From: a virus
Lineage: Duplodnaviria; Caudoviricetes
Virus record (IMG/VR): IMGVR_UViG_3300020399_000132
Coordinates: 113,420 to 177,419 of that record
Direction: 5' to 3' (one strand)
Length of the DNA stretch: 64,000 bases
Below the pieces are notes generated by a model. It saw nothing but the letters and a program-made list of their open reading frames with translations. It searched no databases and had not been told where the DNA came from. Positions 27,116-37,044 of the stretch are shown here, piece by piece (the first letter of the stretch is position 1; each line of letters begins with the position of its first letter). The position numbers were made by a program, and so were the translations under genes.

Positions 27116-27292
27116 TTATCTACGCTTATCTTGCTGACCGTTTTGATATGCTTCAAAAAGAGCTCTCTCTGCGAATAAAGCAATAGTTTTTTCATGATCC
27201 ATAGGTAATTGAGTCATTACATAGCTCATAAGACTATCCTTAAATCTTCTCTTAGATTTTGGATTTTGTTGTAGTTTTTCTTCGTAAGTCAA
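27116..27292 (-). CDS. hypothetical protein (58 aa, TTG start)
   Basis: open frame MTYEEKLQQNPKSKRRFKDSLMSYVM... filling the gap after rpsU. Confidence 0.5.
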   Translation of the reverse strand: MTYEEKLQQNPKSKRRFKDSLMSYVMTQLPMDHEKTIALFAERALFEAYQNGQQDKRR

Positions 27293-27296
27293 ATGT

Positions 27297-27539
27297 TTAT
27301 CCCCACATTTGTTGTTCTAGCCTTTCGACCTGTTTAATGTCTTTGCGAAAATCTTTTATTCGTTGTCTTTCTGCTTCTTCCCTCTTTAGCCTTTTTGCCA
27401 TAGAAGGTTTAACAAAATATCTTCGTTTTTTCACCTCATTAAGAGTTCCTTCACGAGACACTACTTGTTTTAATTTTTGTAAAGCTTTTATAATATTTCG
27501 CTGGTCTGAATCCTTATGACCAATCTTTATTGAAATCAT
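27297..27539 (-). CDS. rpsU: ribosomal protein bS21
   Basis: NIIKALQKLKQVVSREGTLNEVKKRRYFVKPSMAKRLKREEA. Confidence 0.9.
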   Translation of the reverse strand: MISIKIGHKDSDQRNIIKALQKLKQVVSREGTLNEVKKRRYFVKPSMAKRLKREEAERQRIKDFRKDIKQVERLEQQMWG

Positions 27540-28185
27540 ATTCTTCCATTTCTATCCAATGTTTATCATATATTGATTTTAAATATTCATTATCAACATT
27601 AGTTTTATACCAAGGACCGCCTAAAGTAAAATGAGCGGCACCAATATCTTCCTTATCAGGATAATTTGGTTCATTTACTAACCAATTCCATTCTAAAGGA
27701 ATTGATCCTATATATTTTTCTTCGGGTTCTGCCCACTCCATTTGATGTAAATAACTCATGGGTGAGTGAAATATTTCTTTGCAAGTCAATGAATATTTTT
27801 CTTTATTAAATATCATAAAACTTGACCAATTCTTTCTGGGGTAATTCACATTTTTATGTCGGCCGCCCATTTTGACTTCACCCTTTGAAACATAATTTTC
27901 ATGCTTGCAACAGTATACCATTTTATTTTTATCTAAATCTCTAACTAAACTCAAAGGATTTTTAAAAAATATAAAATCATCATCGACAAACGCTACCCAT
28001 TTATTATCTTCATTATAATCAATTAACGGAACTAAGTATCTTGTTCTGGCAAAAGGATTGTTCGTATTTTTAACATAATAATGGGGAACACTGTGAGTTT
28101 TTACTCCGAATCTTTCTAAAGAAAATCTACATTTCCTATTAACCTGTTCGCGTCCTGGCGTATATCCAACCCAAAAATCTATCAT
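27514..28185 (-). CDS. glycosyltransferase (GT-A, GT8-like)
   Basis: FARTRYLVP, FVDDDFIF (DxD), YPRKNWSSFMIFN, LEWNWLV, HFTLGGPW; likely start MIDFWVGY at 28185. Confidence 0.8.
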   Translation of the reverse strand: MIDFWVGYTPGREQVNRKCRFSLERFGVKTHSVPHYYVKNTNNPFARTRYLVPLIDYNEDNKWVAFVDDDFIFFKNPLSLVRDLDKNKMVYCCKHENYVSKGEVKMGGRHKNVNYPRKNWSSFMIFNKEKYSLTCKEIFHSPMSYLHQMEWAEPEEKYIGSIPLEWNWLVNEPNYPDKEDIGAAHFTLGGPWYKTNVDNEYLKSIYDKHWIEMEEYDFNKDWS

Positions 28186-29618
28186 ACTGCTTCCATTATT
28201 TGATAACACGCATCTTTCCAAAGACTTATATCTTTTGAATCATTCGCTATATTTGTATTATTAATGTGATTGTAGAGTTCATTCATGTATCCTGAAAACC
28301 CTTGTTTTTTAGGCGGGGCAAACTTAAATTCTTTCTTAAATATTTTTACTAATTTTTCTTTTCCTATATCATTTACAAAAGCATCATTATAAAATATAGT
28401 ATGATCTAAAAAAGGATTTCTTGACTCTATACAGCTCATTCCTAATGCCAAATTTGCACCGATAGCTGCACAAGGGAGAAAGGATCTCTGATCCAAATAC
28501 TTATTTGTTTGAGTTACATTATTAACTTTAGAGATTTGTTTTGCTACTTGATGTTTGTATTTAGCATTTAGGATTTTTCCGTCAGCTACTCTAGAATATT
28601 TGGAAAGTTTATTATCTTTATATAAATCATAACCTCCAAATATTTCATCTGCTCCCTCTCCCGTCAACATTACTTTTACATGAGGACTCATTGCTTTACC
28701 CATTATATAATAACCAACATAACTCCATGTATAGGGAATCATATATGATTTTTGAATATATTCTATTGCTGCTTCACACCATTGTTTTTCATCGTTTTTA
28801 ACTTCCACTCTAGGCTCAAATCCATATTTTTTAATATCCGCCGAAGCCCAACATTTATCTTCATTAATTGTCGTTACATAATGATCTAAACTATCTTTAA
28901 AAAGAGCAGATATAACAGAACTATCTACTCCACCCGAAACTATTCCACAATTGACTCGATGACTCGAATATGAACGTTGCATGTTTTTTAACAATTGTAA
29001 TATATTGCCATCATAAACATGTTTCGGTTTAATAACGCGCGATTTAAGAGCTCTACCGCGCATGTTATAAGTGATTATTAAACCTTTGGGAAATAACTTA
29101 ATGTCTTTATAATGTGTTTTATCAAATGTATAATGACGTGTTTGGTGCCAACGTTTGAGGAAGTCTTTATCTAATTTTGTTTTAACTGTTGTGGCAATAG
29201 ATTTTATAGTATTGCTATAAATTAAACAATTTTTATTATAATAGAAAAGAGGTACTTGCCCTATAGGATCTCTAATTAATGTTATAGTTAAATTTTTTTT
29301 GTCATAAACAGAAATTGCATATTGTCCGTTCACTTCATCAAAATTATAATCCTGTCTTCTTATTTTTTCTGCTAACCATTCCGTATCATTAGCAAAACCC
29401 TTTGTAGGAGCGTTATATATTTCACCCACATACGTAAAATAATAATCGCCCGTATCAAATACTTGAGAGCCTGGAAATTTTCCGTTAACGGAAAGAATAC
29501 TTTGATGGAAAAATGAAGAATTAAAAGTAGCAGAAAAACTAATTTCACCTCTTTCATCTATATCACTGAAATCAGTATCAATTAAGGATCTGTCACTTAT
29601 ACCGAAAAAACCACACAT
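28182..29618 (-). CDS. asparagine synthetase B-like glutamine amidotransferase
   Basis: N-terminal MCG, GEIYN, RDPIGQVPLFY, SGGVDSS, TGEGADEIFGGY. Confidence 0.9.
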   Translation of the reverse strand: MCGFFGISDRSLIDTDFSDIDERGEISFSATFNSSFFHQSILSVNGKFPGSQVFDTGDYYFTYVGEIYNAPTKGFANDTEWLAEKIRRQDYNFDEVNGQYAISVYDKKNLTITLIRDPIGQVPLFYYNKNCLIYSNTIKSIATTVKTKLDKDFLKRWHQTRHYTFDKTHYKDIKLFPKGLIITYNMRGRALKSRVIKPKHVYDGNILQLLKNMQRSYSSHRVNCGIVSGGVDSSVISALFKDSLDHYVTTINEDKCWASADIKKYGFEPRVEVKNDEKQWCEAAIEYIQKSYMIPYTWSYVGYYIMGKAMSPHVKVMLTGEGADEIFGGYDLYKDNKLSKYSRVADGKILNAKYKHQVAKQISKVNNVTQTNKYLDQRSFLPCAAIGANLALGMSCIESRNPFLDHTIFYNDAFVNDIGKEKLVKIFKKEFKFAPPKKQGFSGYMNELYNHINNTNIANDSKDISLWKDACYQIMEAV

Positions 29619-29645
29619 AATAACAATAATATTTAAGCTACATCC

Positions 29646-29936
29646 TTATTCGGGCGCCACACCCCAGTGTATATTTTCTAGCCCAGCAGGGGTTAACATG
29701 CCGGTTTTGGTGTCTTGCGTCTTCAATGAAGAGGCAAGATCAGCCGCATTTGCCTTTTTTTGAACGTATAAAGCCACGTCTGCTCGTAAAGCATCTTTTA
29801 TTTCATCCGAGACGGCTTCGTCGAAGACGGTTAGATTATCAATGAATTCCTCCGCTTCTGCATCCGAAGGTGCTCTGCTGCCAAAACTGCTAAGTGCCCT
29901 AATAGCCTCAGTATGAATTTCGTTTTTATCTGCCAT
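29646..29936 (-). CDS. hypothetical protein (possible fibre assembly factor)
   Basis: 96-aa ORF at the end of the fibre operon. Confidence 0.55.
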   Translation of the reverse strand: MADKNEIHTEAIRALSSFGSRAPSDAEAEEFIDNLTVFDEAVSDEIKDALRADVALYVQKKANAADLASSLKTQDTKTGMLTPAGLENIHWGVAPE

Positions 29937-29947
29937 AGGTTATCCTT

Positions 29948-31846
29948 TTATGCTCTAATTAATAGCTGTGTCGCCGAAAGTGCAGTTCCTGCTATAACAG
30001 ATGGTGAACCTGCAGTAGTTGATAAGGTTCCATCCGGCAGTACATAATATGTAGATCCTGTTGTTAAACCTGATTGAGAATCATCAACAGATGAACTAGC
30101 TAATTGAACTGTAGCTGTGGCACCATCCGCATATGCGGCATCAACAATACCTATATAATTATGCGCAGTAAGATTCTGAACTCCTGGTGATCCAAGGGCA
30201 ATGGAAGAAAATTTAGTGTGGTTGCCGGATCCAGTTGCGCGCAAGCCGTTTATCATCAACTTCATTCCAGTTGAATTTACTGCCATGTGCCAAGGAAAAG
30301 CTACTCCCATATTATCATTGTTATAAAAAAGATCAAACCATTGATGAGGATGACATTGGGTAAAAGAACCGGGGGTCGTTATAGTAGTCCCAGTAATATC
30401 AAAAGCTTGAACATACAAATATCCTACCATACCTCCTGACGGCATTTTAGTTGTTCCAGCATAAAATCTGCCTGCTGCAGCACCCACGCCAAATACAATT
30501 TGCCATGGTTGGGTATTAACAGCCGGATAGGACGGATAGGCTCGATATACCGTTCCCCAAGATACAGAAGATCCACTTACTGTTCCAACGACAAACACCG
30601 GATCATTATCATAAGAAGTCCCAGAAAGTGTTTGCTGACCTGAAAAAACGATTTGATTTGCTATACTTGGATTCCATTCGACCCAATGTTCACCTCGACC
30701 GGTTATAGCGCAGGACTGCGTGGACATGTTTATTTCTGATCCCAATGTGATGGAGGTTGAACCATTTGTAGTACAAATATACAAAGAAGGACAAGATTGA
30801 TTACCACTTGCATTATATGGAGGAGAATCATTATTCATCATCCCTGTAACTAAGAATTTATTCGCAGTATTCGGGTCAAATCGTAAACTTCTAACTTGGC
30901 CACCACCATACCACCAATGGGCATCATTCATTTCGAGGGGGTACCCTCCTTGCGGCCAAGCCACACTTCCTTTACTCGGACTAGTTGCATCATCCGCAAC
31001 TACACCGCATATGATTGCAGGCATGCGCCTCGCTTTTTTACCAGTATTGGGACCGCCATAAGCCGTGGACCAATTATCATACTGAAGAGCCCAATGATTA
31101 GTTGATGAAAAATAATCCCAACTAAAACAGAAACTACCTTCATGGGAGCCATAATTGACCCATTCAGCTAGTATCATAGAGGAAACCATAGTTATTGATG
31201 TTCCTGATACAACTCCAAATCTAAGGTAAGCTTTATTGTATGTTCCGTATGCGACTGCAAACAAATTTGGGGTACTAGGATGAAAGTGGATGCAACAAGG
31301 GCTATGGTCACCCTCTCCGTCGATTTGCACCGCAGATCCAAATGATATGGTTGAACCAGACATTGTTCCTATTTTACAATGGAGTGTACCGTTATAAGAA
31401 CCATATCCTACTATAAATTTATCTTCGTCGTTTGGATCCCAAGAAATCCACGGTTTATGCGATGGGGGATCCGGTTTGTTAGCTGATGAGGACGTGCCCT
31501 GAGCTTCCGCTTCTTTACCGCACCTGAGACCAAAAGTTTGATTTTGGTTACCGGGAGTAACATTATCACTCGCTGTACCTGCATCATTAGCTACTTCAAT
31601 TTTTCCATCTGAGCGAATCAGAACTCTATCTCCATTGGATAATGCTCCTTCTGCTACAGCGTCCCAAGTGGAACCGGCTGGAGCAGTAAAAGCCGGATCC
31701 GGAGCTTCAACAGCCCAATTTGTTCCATCACTTGTTAAAAGTGTTCCGTCGGCTCCTGGAGTCGGCAAAATTGGAATATCTGCTCTTGAGAGTCCATCCC
31801 AAATTTTACCGGAGTTTGAACCTACTTTATTAACAATTCCGCTCAT
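29948..31846 (-). CDS. virion fibre/receptor-binding-like protein with one repeated module
   Basis: LTSDGTNW linker; GTxSGxTxxxG repeats; C-terminal NYIGIVDAAYADGATATVQL...GTALSATQLLI. Confidence 0.7.
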   Translation of the reverse strand: MSGIVNKVGSNSGKIWDGLSRADIPILPTPGADGTLLTSDGTNWAVEAPDPAFTAPAGSTWDAVAEGALSNGDRVLIRSDGKIEVANDAGTASDNVTPGNQNQTFGLRCGKEAEAQGTSSSANKPDPPSHKPWISWDPNDEDKFIVGYGSYNGTLHCKIGTMSGSTISFGSAVQIDGEGDHSPCCIHFHPSTPNLFAVAYGTYNKAYLRFGVVSGTSITMVSSMILAEWVNYGSHEGSFCFSWDYFSSTNHWALQYDNWSTAYGGPNTGKKARRMPAIICGVVADDATSPSKGSVAWPQGGYPLEMNDAHWWYGGGQVRSLRFDPNTANKFLVTGMMNNDSPPYNASGNQSCPSLYICTTNGSTSITLGSEINMSTQSCAITGRGEHWVEWNPSIANQIVFSGQQTLSGTSYDNDPVFVVGTVSGSSVSWGTVYRAYPSYPAVNTQPWQIVFGVGAAAGRFYAGTTKMPSGGMVGYLYVQAFDITGTTITTPGSFTQCHPHQWFDLFYNNDNMGVAFPWHMAVNSTGMKLMINGLRATGSGNHTKFSSIALGSPGVQNLTAHNYIGIVDAAYADGATATVQLASSSVDDSQSGLTTGSTYYVLPDGTLSTTAGSPSVIAGTALSATQLLIRA

Positions 31847-31855
31847 TTATGTCTC

Positions 31856-32212
31856 CTATGTCCAATCTTGATCAATATATGAAACTACAACGTCAACATC
31901 GGCACCGCCTGCTCCGTTTGTCACAACACAAAGTGCATCTGTTCCAGATAGGACGAGCCTATCATTATATACGAAGGTTTCATTTGCGCCAAGCGCATTT
32001 TCAGAAAGGATTTCGTAATCTGTTCCGCCTGCATTATCATCAACATACATATCAAATGTTTCTGCCGCGCCGGCCGTTTCACACAATGTAACACTTAATA
32101 TCGTATAGATATGATTTGCAACACCACCCAAAACAACGCTTTCTGAATTAGTAACACCTGCTGTTAATGCTACTTTTAAAACTTCTGTTCCGCTGCCGCT
32201 AGGTATAGCCAT
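31856..32212 (-). CDS. small virion structural protein (fibre-associated)
   Basis: beta-rich 118 aa, resembles 36097..36426 (LVLxxGDxL...DVVVSYI). Confidence 0.6.
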   Translation of the reverse strand: MAIPSGSGTEVLKVALTAGVTNSESVVLGGVANHIYTILSVTLCETAGAAETFDMYVDDNAGGTDYEILSENALGANETFVYNDRLVLSGTDALCVVTNGAGGADVDVVVSYIDQDWT

Positions 32213-32258
32213 TTTTTATTTCTCCTTAAATTTTTTATTAGTCAAAAATCAAATTAAA

Positions 32259-35200
32259 TTATAAAAATAATCCTTGATGTAGTGGTTTCAAAGTCCCGAG
32301 TGCTCTTGCATCTCCGGAAGTCCAATTTGTTCCATCACTTGTTAAAATTTTTCCTGTTGTTCCTGGTAATGGTAATTGCGAACCCACCACGCCTGGACGA
32401 GTGGCAGCAATTAATAATGTTGTTGCTGAAAGTGCTGTGCCAGCGAAAACGGAAGGTGTACCTGGAGTTGTAGCTAAAGACCCATTAGGTTGTATGTAAT
32501 ATGTAGAACCGGTTGTTAGGCCCGATTGAGCGTCATCTACCACTCCAGAAAGTTGAATTGTTGCTGTCGCACCGGATGCATATACACCATCGGAAATTCC
32601 TAAGAAATTATCTGCAGTAAGATTTGTTACTCCTTCTCCTCCGATTGTACCAGTAGTAATTTTAGTATCTCCAGTTGATTCGAGATGGGTCACCATAAAT
32701 TTCTTTCCGGAAGGTGAAACCGCGGCGTGCCAAGGATAAGTTGTAGTATTATCAAGCCAGTTGTGAGCAGCAATTGTTACCGGGGAACCAACCTCCGATA
32801 TAGTAGTACCAGTAATATCAAAAGCTTGGCACACTAGTGGACGTGGATCAGTGCTGTTTCCTGTATAAATGGTTGTTACGCCGTAAAATCTACCTTGCGC
32901 GGCGCCAAGTCCAAAGAAAATATTCCATGGTTGTGCCGTGGAAGTGTTTGAGGCTGTTGGGGTAAACCTAGATCCCCAAGATACTGAAGTTCCACTTACT
33001 GTTCCTACGCACATTGTAGCGGGCTGATATGTCTTACCTGAAAACACGATTTGGTTTGGTATACCAGGATTCCATTCGCAGTAAGCACCGGCATCACTAT
33101 TATCTACACCTTGTCCCACAAGCTGTATTTCTGAACCCATACTAGGATAATTATTTGAATCTAAATTAACTATGCGTAAAGCGTGAGCAATTCCGCCTCC
33201 TCCTGAAGGATAATGATGTACAAAAAAGAATTTCTTGTGAGTATTAGGATCAAATCGTAAAGATTTAATTTGTCCACCGCCCCATTGATAATTACCAGCA
33301 GAGGTAAGCCCTCGTGGCCATGTTGCTGAACCTGGAGTTATACTAACAGCGTCCTGAGTAACTTTACCTGCTCTCAGAACCGCCATTCGATAGTTAGTTG
33401 CACCGGCAAAATCAAACCAACAATCCATGACACAAGCATATTCTCTGTGAGTACCACTTGAATTGCGATCCCAATCAAATGCGAAATTACCTTTTTCGAA
33501 ACGAGGTACACTCGAGCCGTATGAAGCACCCAGATGCATATTAAGAACAGATTTGGCTACAAATCGCTCAGTCGGTGCGTTTTCAATCATTCCAAATTTA
33601 AGTATTGGACTTTTTGTACCGGTATAGTCGGCGCCGTATGCAATTGCTACCAAATCAGCTACATCTGGATGAAAATGTATAGCAACAGGACTACTATCGT
33701 CATCCGTATCGATATCAACTGGAGTACCTAATGATAAAGTTGTACCAGATATTGTTCCTACTACGGCCCTTGGATAACCTGTTCCGAGTGGAGCGTTTTC
33801 GTCTTTATATCCTATGATGAATCTATTCTCGTCAAGTGGATCCCAAGAAATGAACGCTTTCTGCTGTGGTTGTTCTGTTGCACCACTGCCTAGAGCCACT
33901 GTAGGTTCATCCATCCTTCCACCCATCGTTTGCGATTGAGTATCGGAAGTTGGAACATCCAGCGGTGGTGGACTATTGGCAATTAGTTTAGCCGTTCCAT
34001 CTGCTTGAAGAATAACTTTATTTCCATTTGCCAAAGATCCAGATGCAACAATTTGTAAAGTATCGACGGCGTAAGCTAGTGTTGTTGCCGCCGCAATTGC
34101 GTCTGTTTCTGCTTGGTCTGCTTTAGTAGTTGCGTCGGTTGCGGCATTGGTTGTTATGGTAGTATCGGCTGCTGCTCTAGTTGCTGCTTCGGCCGCTATG
34201 GCTGCTGCTGATGTAGTCCTTGACTGTGATTCAACTTTGGAATCAGCAATTAATATTTTCGTTGCAGAAACTGCCGTACCCACTAAAACTTCTGGTGTGG
34301 CCGCAGTTGTAGCTAAAGATCCATCGCTCTGTACATAATATTTGGATCCTATTGTTAAACCTGATTGAGCATCGTCAACGGCGCCGGGAAGTTGAATTGT
34401 TGCTGTTGCTCCATCAGCATATACCCCATCGGAAAGTCCTAAGAAATTATCTGCAGTAAGATTGGTTCCACCTGCACCTACAAACTCAGATAGTGAAAGT
34501 TCATGAAAAGCGGAATGCATTCCCGATGGAAAATACATAGCAATAATTCTGGTTAATCCATCACTGGCTGCACAGAAAGACCGTTGATAATAATTACCAA
34601 TGTTTGGTTCAGTTCCATAGTTGGGATTACTAATGATCACCTGCGCCCATGGAGCAGATATAGTAGTACCAGACCATGAAAAGGCTCGGTGATATATTTG
34701 ATAGTTTTCATATCCAACGGCATAAATTTTGTCGGCATTAAACTCCATTATGAACCAAGGGAATTTAACAGCACCGGTACCCACTGAGGAGACCTCAAAA
34801 GGCTGAGTCGGACCAGCGGAACCGGGAATGTTAGCAACAGTTCCTGAAACAGTAGCTATTTGAAAGTGTGGTCTCGAGGCGCGGTTTGGTGCAACAAATG
34901 ATATTAAGAGAGTATCTGCTACGGCGGAATTCCATAATATGTTAGACATAGTTGCCCTGTCTCCTCCGCCACCGCCATCAATATCATATGGGGAACCAAG
35001 AGTAATAGTGGTTCCTGAAATAGTACCAATAAATAATTGAAGTTTTGAATTTCCCGGGACTGTTTTATCATCCCAGTTTGCATATGCAAACTTACCTGCA
35101 GTATTCGGATCGAATGCAACGGGTCTTTCATAATGTTCCCAAGCAAATTCCTGCGCGGATGTTTGTAGTCCGTACGGCGAGGTTCCTTGGCTCCAATTCT

Positions 35201-36095
35201 GGGGGCTGCCAAAAACGATATTTGTTCCATTATTATCACATGTCCCTGCAACTAGGAAGGTCGGTCTATGACTCATATTCATCATGTCCATCATGCCTGA
35301 GAATGAGAGCAAAAATCGATTTGTAGTTGTATACGCAATATCCCAATCAAAATAACCATACGTTGCTTGCGAATCGTAGTTCATGCCGGTGCCCATATTC
35401 ATAGCAGTTCCGAGATTTACGTTTGCAACAACCGCAGTAATCGATGAACCAGTTGCTAAGTAAGTAGATACTGACCATCCATTCGTTTGCTGTGCCCAAG
35501 CAACCGCGACTAAATTTGGAGTGACAGGATGATATTTTACTTTCGGGCCTTCACTAAAATTATTATTAGGGCTCACTGCAAATGGTGTGCCCATTGATAT
35601 AGTATTGCCACTTAGTGTGCCTACATTAATCATCAACTCATAACCCATACCATTATTTCTGAATAATATTACAAATTTGGTTGGGTCATTCGGATCAAAA
35701 TCAACAGAACAGGAATGGTCTGCCGACCAGGAAGCATGTGCCAAGGTACGGGTGTCAGTGCCCTGTGAAAGTGGTACGTCCAGCGGAGCAACAGGTATAT
35801 CGACTATTTCAACTTTTCCATCTGATCTAAGAATAACTGTTCTTCCATCGGTCAGTGCTCCGGATGCAACAGCTTCCGTTGAACCGCCGCCGCCGCCTGC
35901 TGATACCGCGGAAACCCAATTTGATCCGTCAAATGTTAAAACTTCATCTTGATTACCTACTGGCAGTTCCAGATGTCCAGGATCTTGAGTCTGCCAAGTT
36001 CCGGATCCATCACTTTTTAAAACTTGTCCTGCTGTACCTGGATTTGGGATTCGCGAATCATTTGTAGTTCCTGCAATAGTACCGATATATGGCAT
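32259..36095 (-). CDS. long fibre/receptor-binding-like protein with two repeated modules
   Basis: likely start MPYIG at 36095; GTAGQVLKSDGSG linkers; two modules separated by an Ala-rich coiled coil. Confidence 0.75.
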   Translation of the reverse strand: MPYIGTIAGTTNDSRIPNPGTAGQVLKSDGSGTWQTQDPGHLELPVGNQDEVLTFDGSNWVSAVSAGGGGGSTEAVASGALTDGRTVILRSDGKVEIVDIPVAPLDVPLSQGTDTRTLAHASWSADHSCSVDFDPNDPTKFVILFRNNGMGYELMINVGTLSGNTISMGTPFAVSPNNNFSEGPKVKYHPVTPNLVAVAWAQQTNGWSVSTYLATGSSITAVVANVNLGTAMNMGTGMNYDSQATYGYFDWDIAYTTTNRFLLSFSGMMDMMNMSHRPTFLVAGTCDNNGTNIVFGSPQNWSQGTSPYGLQTSAQEFAWEHYERPVAFDPNTAGKFAYANWDDKTVPGNSKLQLFIGTISGTTITLGSPYDIDGGGGGDRATMSNILWNSAVADTLLISFVAPNRASRPHFQIATVSGTVANIPGSAGPTQPFEVSSVGTGAVKFPWFIMEFNADKIYAVGYENYQIYHRAFSWSGTTISAPWAQVIISNPNYGTEPNIGNYYQRSFCAASDGLTRIIAMYFPSGMHSAFHELSLSEFVGAGGTNLTADNFLGLSDGVYADGATATIQLPGAVDDAQSGLTIGSKYYVQSDGSLATTAATPEVLVGTAVSATKILIADSKVESQSRTTSAAAIAAEAATRAAADTTITTNAATDATTKADQAETDAIAAATTLAYAVDTLQIVASGSLANGNKVILQADGTAKLIANSPPPLDVPTSDTQSQTMGGRMDEPTVALGSGATEQPQQKAFISWDPLDENRFIIGYKDENAPLGTGYPRAVVGTISGTTLSLGTPVDIDTDDDSSPVAIHFHPDVADLVAIAYGADYTGTKSPILKFGMIENAPTERFVAKSVLNMHLGASYGSSVPRFEKGNFAFDWDRNSSGTHREYACVMDCWFDFAGATNYRMAVLRAGKVTQDAVSITPGSATWPRGLTSAGNYQWGGGQIKSLRFDPNTHKKFFFVHHYPSGGGGIAHALRIVNLDSNNYPSMGSEIQLVGQGVDNSDAGAYCEWNPGIPNQIVFSGKTYQPATMCVGTVSGTSVSWGSRFTPTASNTSTAQPWNIFFGLGAAQGRFYGVTTIYTGNSTDPRPLVCQAFDITGTTISEVGSPVTIAAHNWLDNTTTYPWHAAVSPSGKKFMVTHLESTGDTKITTGTIGGEGVTNLTADNFLGISDGVYASGATATIQLSGVVDDAQSGLTTGSTYYIQPNGSLATTPGTPSVFAGTALSATTLLIAATRPGVVGSQLPLPGTTGKILTSDGTNWTSGDARALGTLKPLHQGLFL

Positions 36096-36096
36096 T

Positions 36097-36426
36097 TTAT
36101 GTAATCTCCAAAAAAGACATAAGTACGTCAATACTGGACGCGGTGTCTGATGTTATAACTATTTTATCTCCTGTCATTAAAACTACTTTCTGATCGCCAC
36201 CAATTACTACTAGCGCCGTTTCCGTTGGAATGGGGATGTTTTTAGCTATATTCGTTGTGTTTGACCCATCATTTATCGCAATGGTTGCTTTGATATTAGA
36301 AGCAGTTATATTTGCAAGTGACAAACCTATTACTGTTACTTCAGTGGCGCTCGGAACAGCATTTCCAACATCTGTTGGGGCTGTGCCTACTGCTCTTTCT
36401 GTGCTATTCTTAAAAGTACTTGCCAT
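36097..36426 (-). CDS. small virion structural protein
   Basis: MASTFKN...VIGLSLANI...GDQKVVLMTGDKI...DVLMSFLEIT. Confidence 0.65.
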   Translation of the reverse strand: MASTFKNSTERAVGTAPTDVGNAVPSATEVTVIGLSLANITASNIKATIAINDGSNTTNIAKNIPIPTETALVVIGGDQKVVLMTGDKIVITSDTASSIDVLMSFLEIT

Positions 36427-36439
36427 AATTTATTTATCC

Positions 36440-37039
36440 TTATCCTAGTGCAATTGCCATTGCTATCGCAATTCCTGTGACAAACTGACCTGTGGCGGTG
36501 GCAGTTCCGACAGCTAAATCAGTGGTTTCCCAAAATAAACCAGTAGAATTGGAATACAGCTTATTTGCTGTTACTGTTGGTTTGCTTACGTGGTCTGTTA
36601 TTTTTATAGAAGTTCCGGTAGCAAGTTCTGATACTTTAAGACCCCCTGTTGAATTAGCTGCTAATATTGTAGCTGCACTTGCGGCACTAGTATCGTCAGA
36701 AGAAGTAATCGAGTGTGTATGTGATCCGACAGAGGCGGCATCTGTAGTAATAGCTGTTAATGTATCCGGAGTACCTAACGTAATTGTTTGTGTATCATTT
36801 CCATCCGCACCGCCTGGTCGAACAGATACTTGCATTCCATTGCCGGCAACAACTTCATCTAATCGGCCAGCATCAACCGAAGTTTTCATCTGGGCATGTG
36901 TTCTATAATGGGCTACTCCACTTGGCGACAATGAAAGAATTCTTCCACCGGTTGCTGGAGACCCACCTGAAATATTGGCAAGTTTAAAATCTCCCTCTAC
37001 TTCTATTCCGCCTGCTGCTTTAAATGGTACTGTTGACAT
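36440..37039 (-). CDS. virion structural/fibre protein
   Basis: shares ATGGxIL and TQTITLxTPxTLTxITTDA...HTHxIT segments with 37045..38373; ends IAMAIALG. Confidence 0.6.
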   Translation of the reverse strand: MSTVPFKAAGGIEVEGDFKLANISGGSPATGGRILSLSPSGVAHYRTHAQMKTSVDAGRLDEVVAGNGMQVSVRPGGADGNDTQTITLGTPDTLTAITTDAASVGSHTHSITSSDDTSAASAATILAANSTGGLKVSELATGTSIKITDHVSKPTVTANKLYSNSTGLFWETTDLAVGTATATGQFVTGIAIAMAIALG

Positions 37040-37044
37040 GTCGT

